In this document: positions 62,401 through 64,000 of the stretch, piece by piece
Layout of the letters: every line of letters starts with the position of its first letter
Position numbering within the stretch: position 1 is the first letter of the stretch
Assembly: GCA_030704615.1 (NCBI GenBank)
Contig: CM060732.1
Location: forward strand, 36,146,001 to 36,210,000
DNA length: 64,000 nucleotides
Source: Takakia lepidozioides
Taxonomy: Eukaryota > Plantae > Bryophyta
Direction: 5' to 3'
Program-made: the position numbers and the translations under genes
Notes under the pieces: model-generated
What the model saw: the letters and a program-made list of their open reading frames with translations, nothing else
What the model was told of the DNA's origin: nothing
Databases searched by the model: none

Positions 62401-63831
62401 GTAATCACTGGTTCCCAGATGACTGTGCTGATGATAAGTGTTCAAGAAGCACTTGAAAACAGCGAATGGGCCACTCGCAAGGCTGCGGCTGATACACTAG
62501 CCCATGTGGCTACAGCTTTGGGGTCAGCCTTGACCCCCTTCAAGGCTTCCTCTACTGCTGCACTTGAGGCCTGCCGCTTTGACAAGGTACATAGATCTCT
62601 TTTTATTGGTCAACCGCACATGTCTCTGGTGGCTATGTGTCATATGCGATTTTCTGTGCCCCTGGGTTTATTTAGATTGTCGGGGAAGTCAGGTAGGCTG
62701 TATTAGGGCTTGCATGAGGGGAGACAATTGTGGTGCTCTTGCAAGGTATGGCACCGCTATCAGGAGAGGCTTCAAGGTGGGGATTACAAATGTGCCGAAA
62801 TGTAAATTTTGGGGCCCAAATTGAGATCGTATGGGATGTTATGCATATGCCAAACATCTCTGGCACTCTGTCATGGCTTTCACATTTTTTTATTGCACTA
62901 AAGTGTCTTCCACTTCGATTGGTGATGAAAATGTTTGTTTCTGTGTCAAACATGCTGGGGCATGTACACACAGCTCCTGATTTGAAGTCTGAGTGGGATT
63001 GCTGTATTTAATACCAGGTGAAACCTGTTCGAGATAGTGTTGCAGAGGCACTGCAAATGTGGAAGGCTGTCCCTGATGCTACTGGCTCAGAAACCCCTGC
63101 TCCCCCATCCTTGACTGCTAAAGGTACATTATTGCCTGCTTGGTGTGGGACTGCAACTTCTCCACCGTATAGCCGTCAGAAATATGCAGGCTGCGATTTT
63201 TCTGCCTGTGCAGAAATAAGCTTCTGCACTGAGTTCAGGGAGGATCTAAATTGCAGTGTGGTCTGTGCAGGTGGTGCTGCAATGCAGAGTCCAGACTTTG
63301 CATCTCCAATCCGATCCTTTGACATGGACACTTCTAGCCCTACTCCCCGAAAGAGCGACATGTCCCTGTTGATGAGGTCGGCTGCATCAGTTAATGCTTC
63401 GTACCCTGCTAGTACTGCCCGCTCAAAGTCCTTTCTTGAGAAAGGAGGAAGCACTTCCAAAAAGAGGACTCCTGCTCTCAGTGACAAGAAGACCAACCCC
63501 GACTTCTTTCGGAAGTTGGAGAACTGCAGGAACTCAGAGCAGAGACGCTCAGGTGACTGGCAAATTGAGGTTGCTGTTCCTCGTGGAGTCTCACCTACAG
63601 CTGATCTAGAGCAAGAAGGATTGGACAATGAAGACAATGAAGCAGGGGATGCTAACGATGGAGAGTTGGAACATCAGGGCATTTCAATCATGGCATTCAC
63701 TACAACTGACTCGGCAAGTCTTATGAATGGTTTTGGTGTGTTCGTAACACCCAAGGATGGTACAGACTTCCAAGAGAAGACTGAATCAGGCAGGCGATCT
63801 AGTGAGCTTGCGAGCAAAAGCAAGACTGCAG
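59497..63831 (+). CDS. TOR1: Microtubule-associated HEAT/TOG protein TORTIFOLIA1/SPIRAL2; continues beyond the window
   Basis: Exon 1 (59497-60180): ELKHRILAALNKLADRDTQQLAVEDME...IVRRLKDPDSNIRDAC. Exon 62392-62586: EWATRKAAAD...LEACRFDK. Exon 63018-63123: VKPVRDSVAEALQMWK. Later exon: KKRTPALSDKKTNPDFFRKLE...DWQIEVAVP. Confidence 0.93.
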
Positions 63832-64000
63832 GTATGTTGGCCAGGATTCTCTTATCCAATAAGGTGTCCTGCTGAGGTTCTTTCCTGTCAGGCATTACCA
63901 AGCCTTGAGGTGGCTTGTGGCGATGTCGACGATGGGGCACCATTTTTTATCCAACTAGTTTAAGACTTTTTGTCCTTTTGAGTCTAGCAATAGGTTGGAT

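Overview
Eukaryotic, intron-rich land-plant nuclear DNA; a non-seed plant is plausible, but the species cannot be fixed from the sequence. Two conserved gene blocks flank a roughly 37-kb block of transposons and pseudogenes. Left block: a CURLY LEAF/E(z) PRC2 methyltransferase (minus strand, SET domain beyond the left edge) lies head-to-head with ORC6 across a 91-bp tandem repeat. Right block: ALKBH6, a highly divergent TALE homeobox gene and TORTIFOLIA1/SPIRAL2 (runs off the right edge). The middle holds a small intact Cys-rich CaaX ORF; a decayed Helitron with a Ulp1-type protease and an apparent phage T7 gp2.5-like ssDNA-binding protein; a Sola-like transposase; a 5'-truncated Dualen/RandI-like retrotransposon with chromodomain, PCIF1-like methyltransferase fold, RNase H and restriction-like endonuclease; a KDPG aldolase relic with a nested antisense PEN2 relic; an SPT2-like fragment; an inverted MITE pair; a bacterial-type ybiU (DUF1479) pseudogene; a hairpin tandem array; and a SINE. 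Exons were read manually from GT/AG sites and reading-frame continuity. Family assignments rest on remembered motifs, not database searches.
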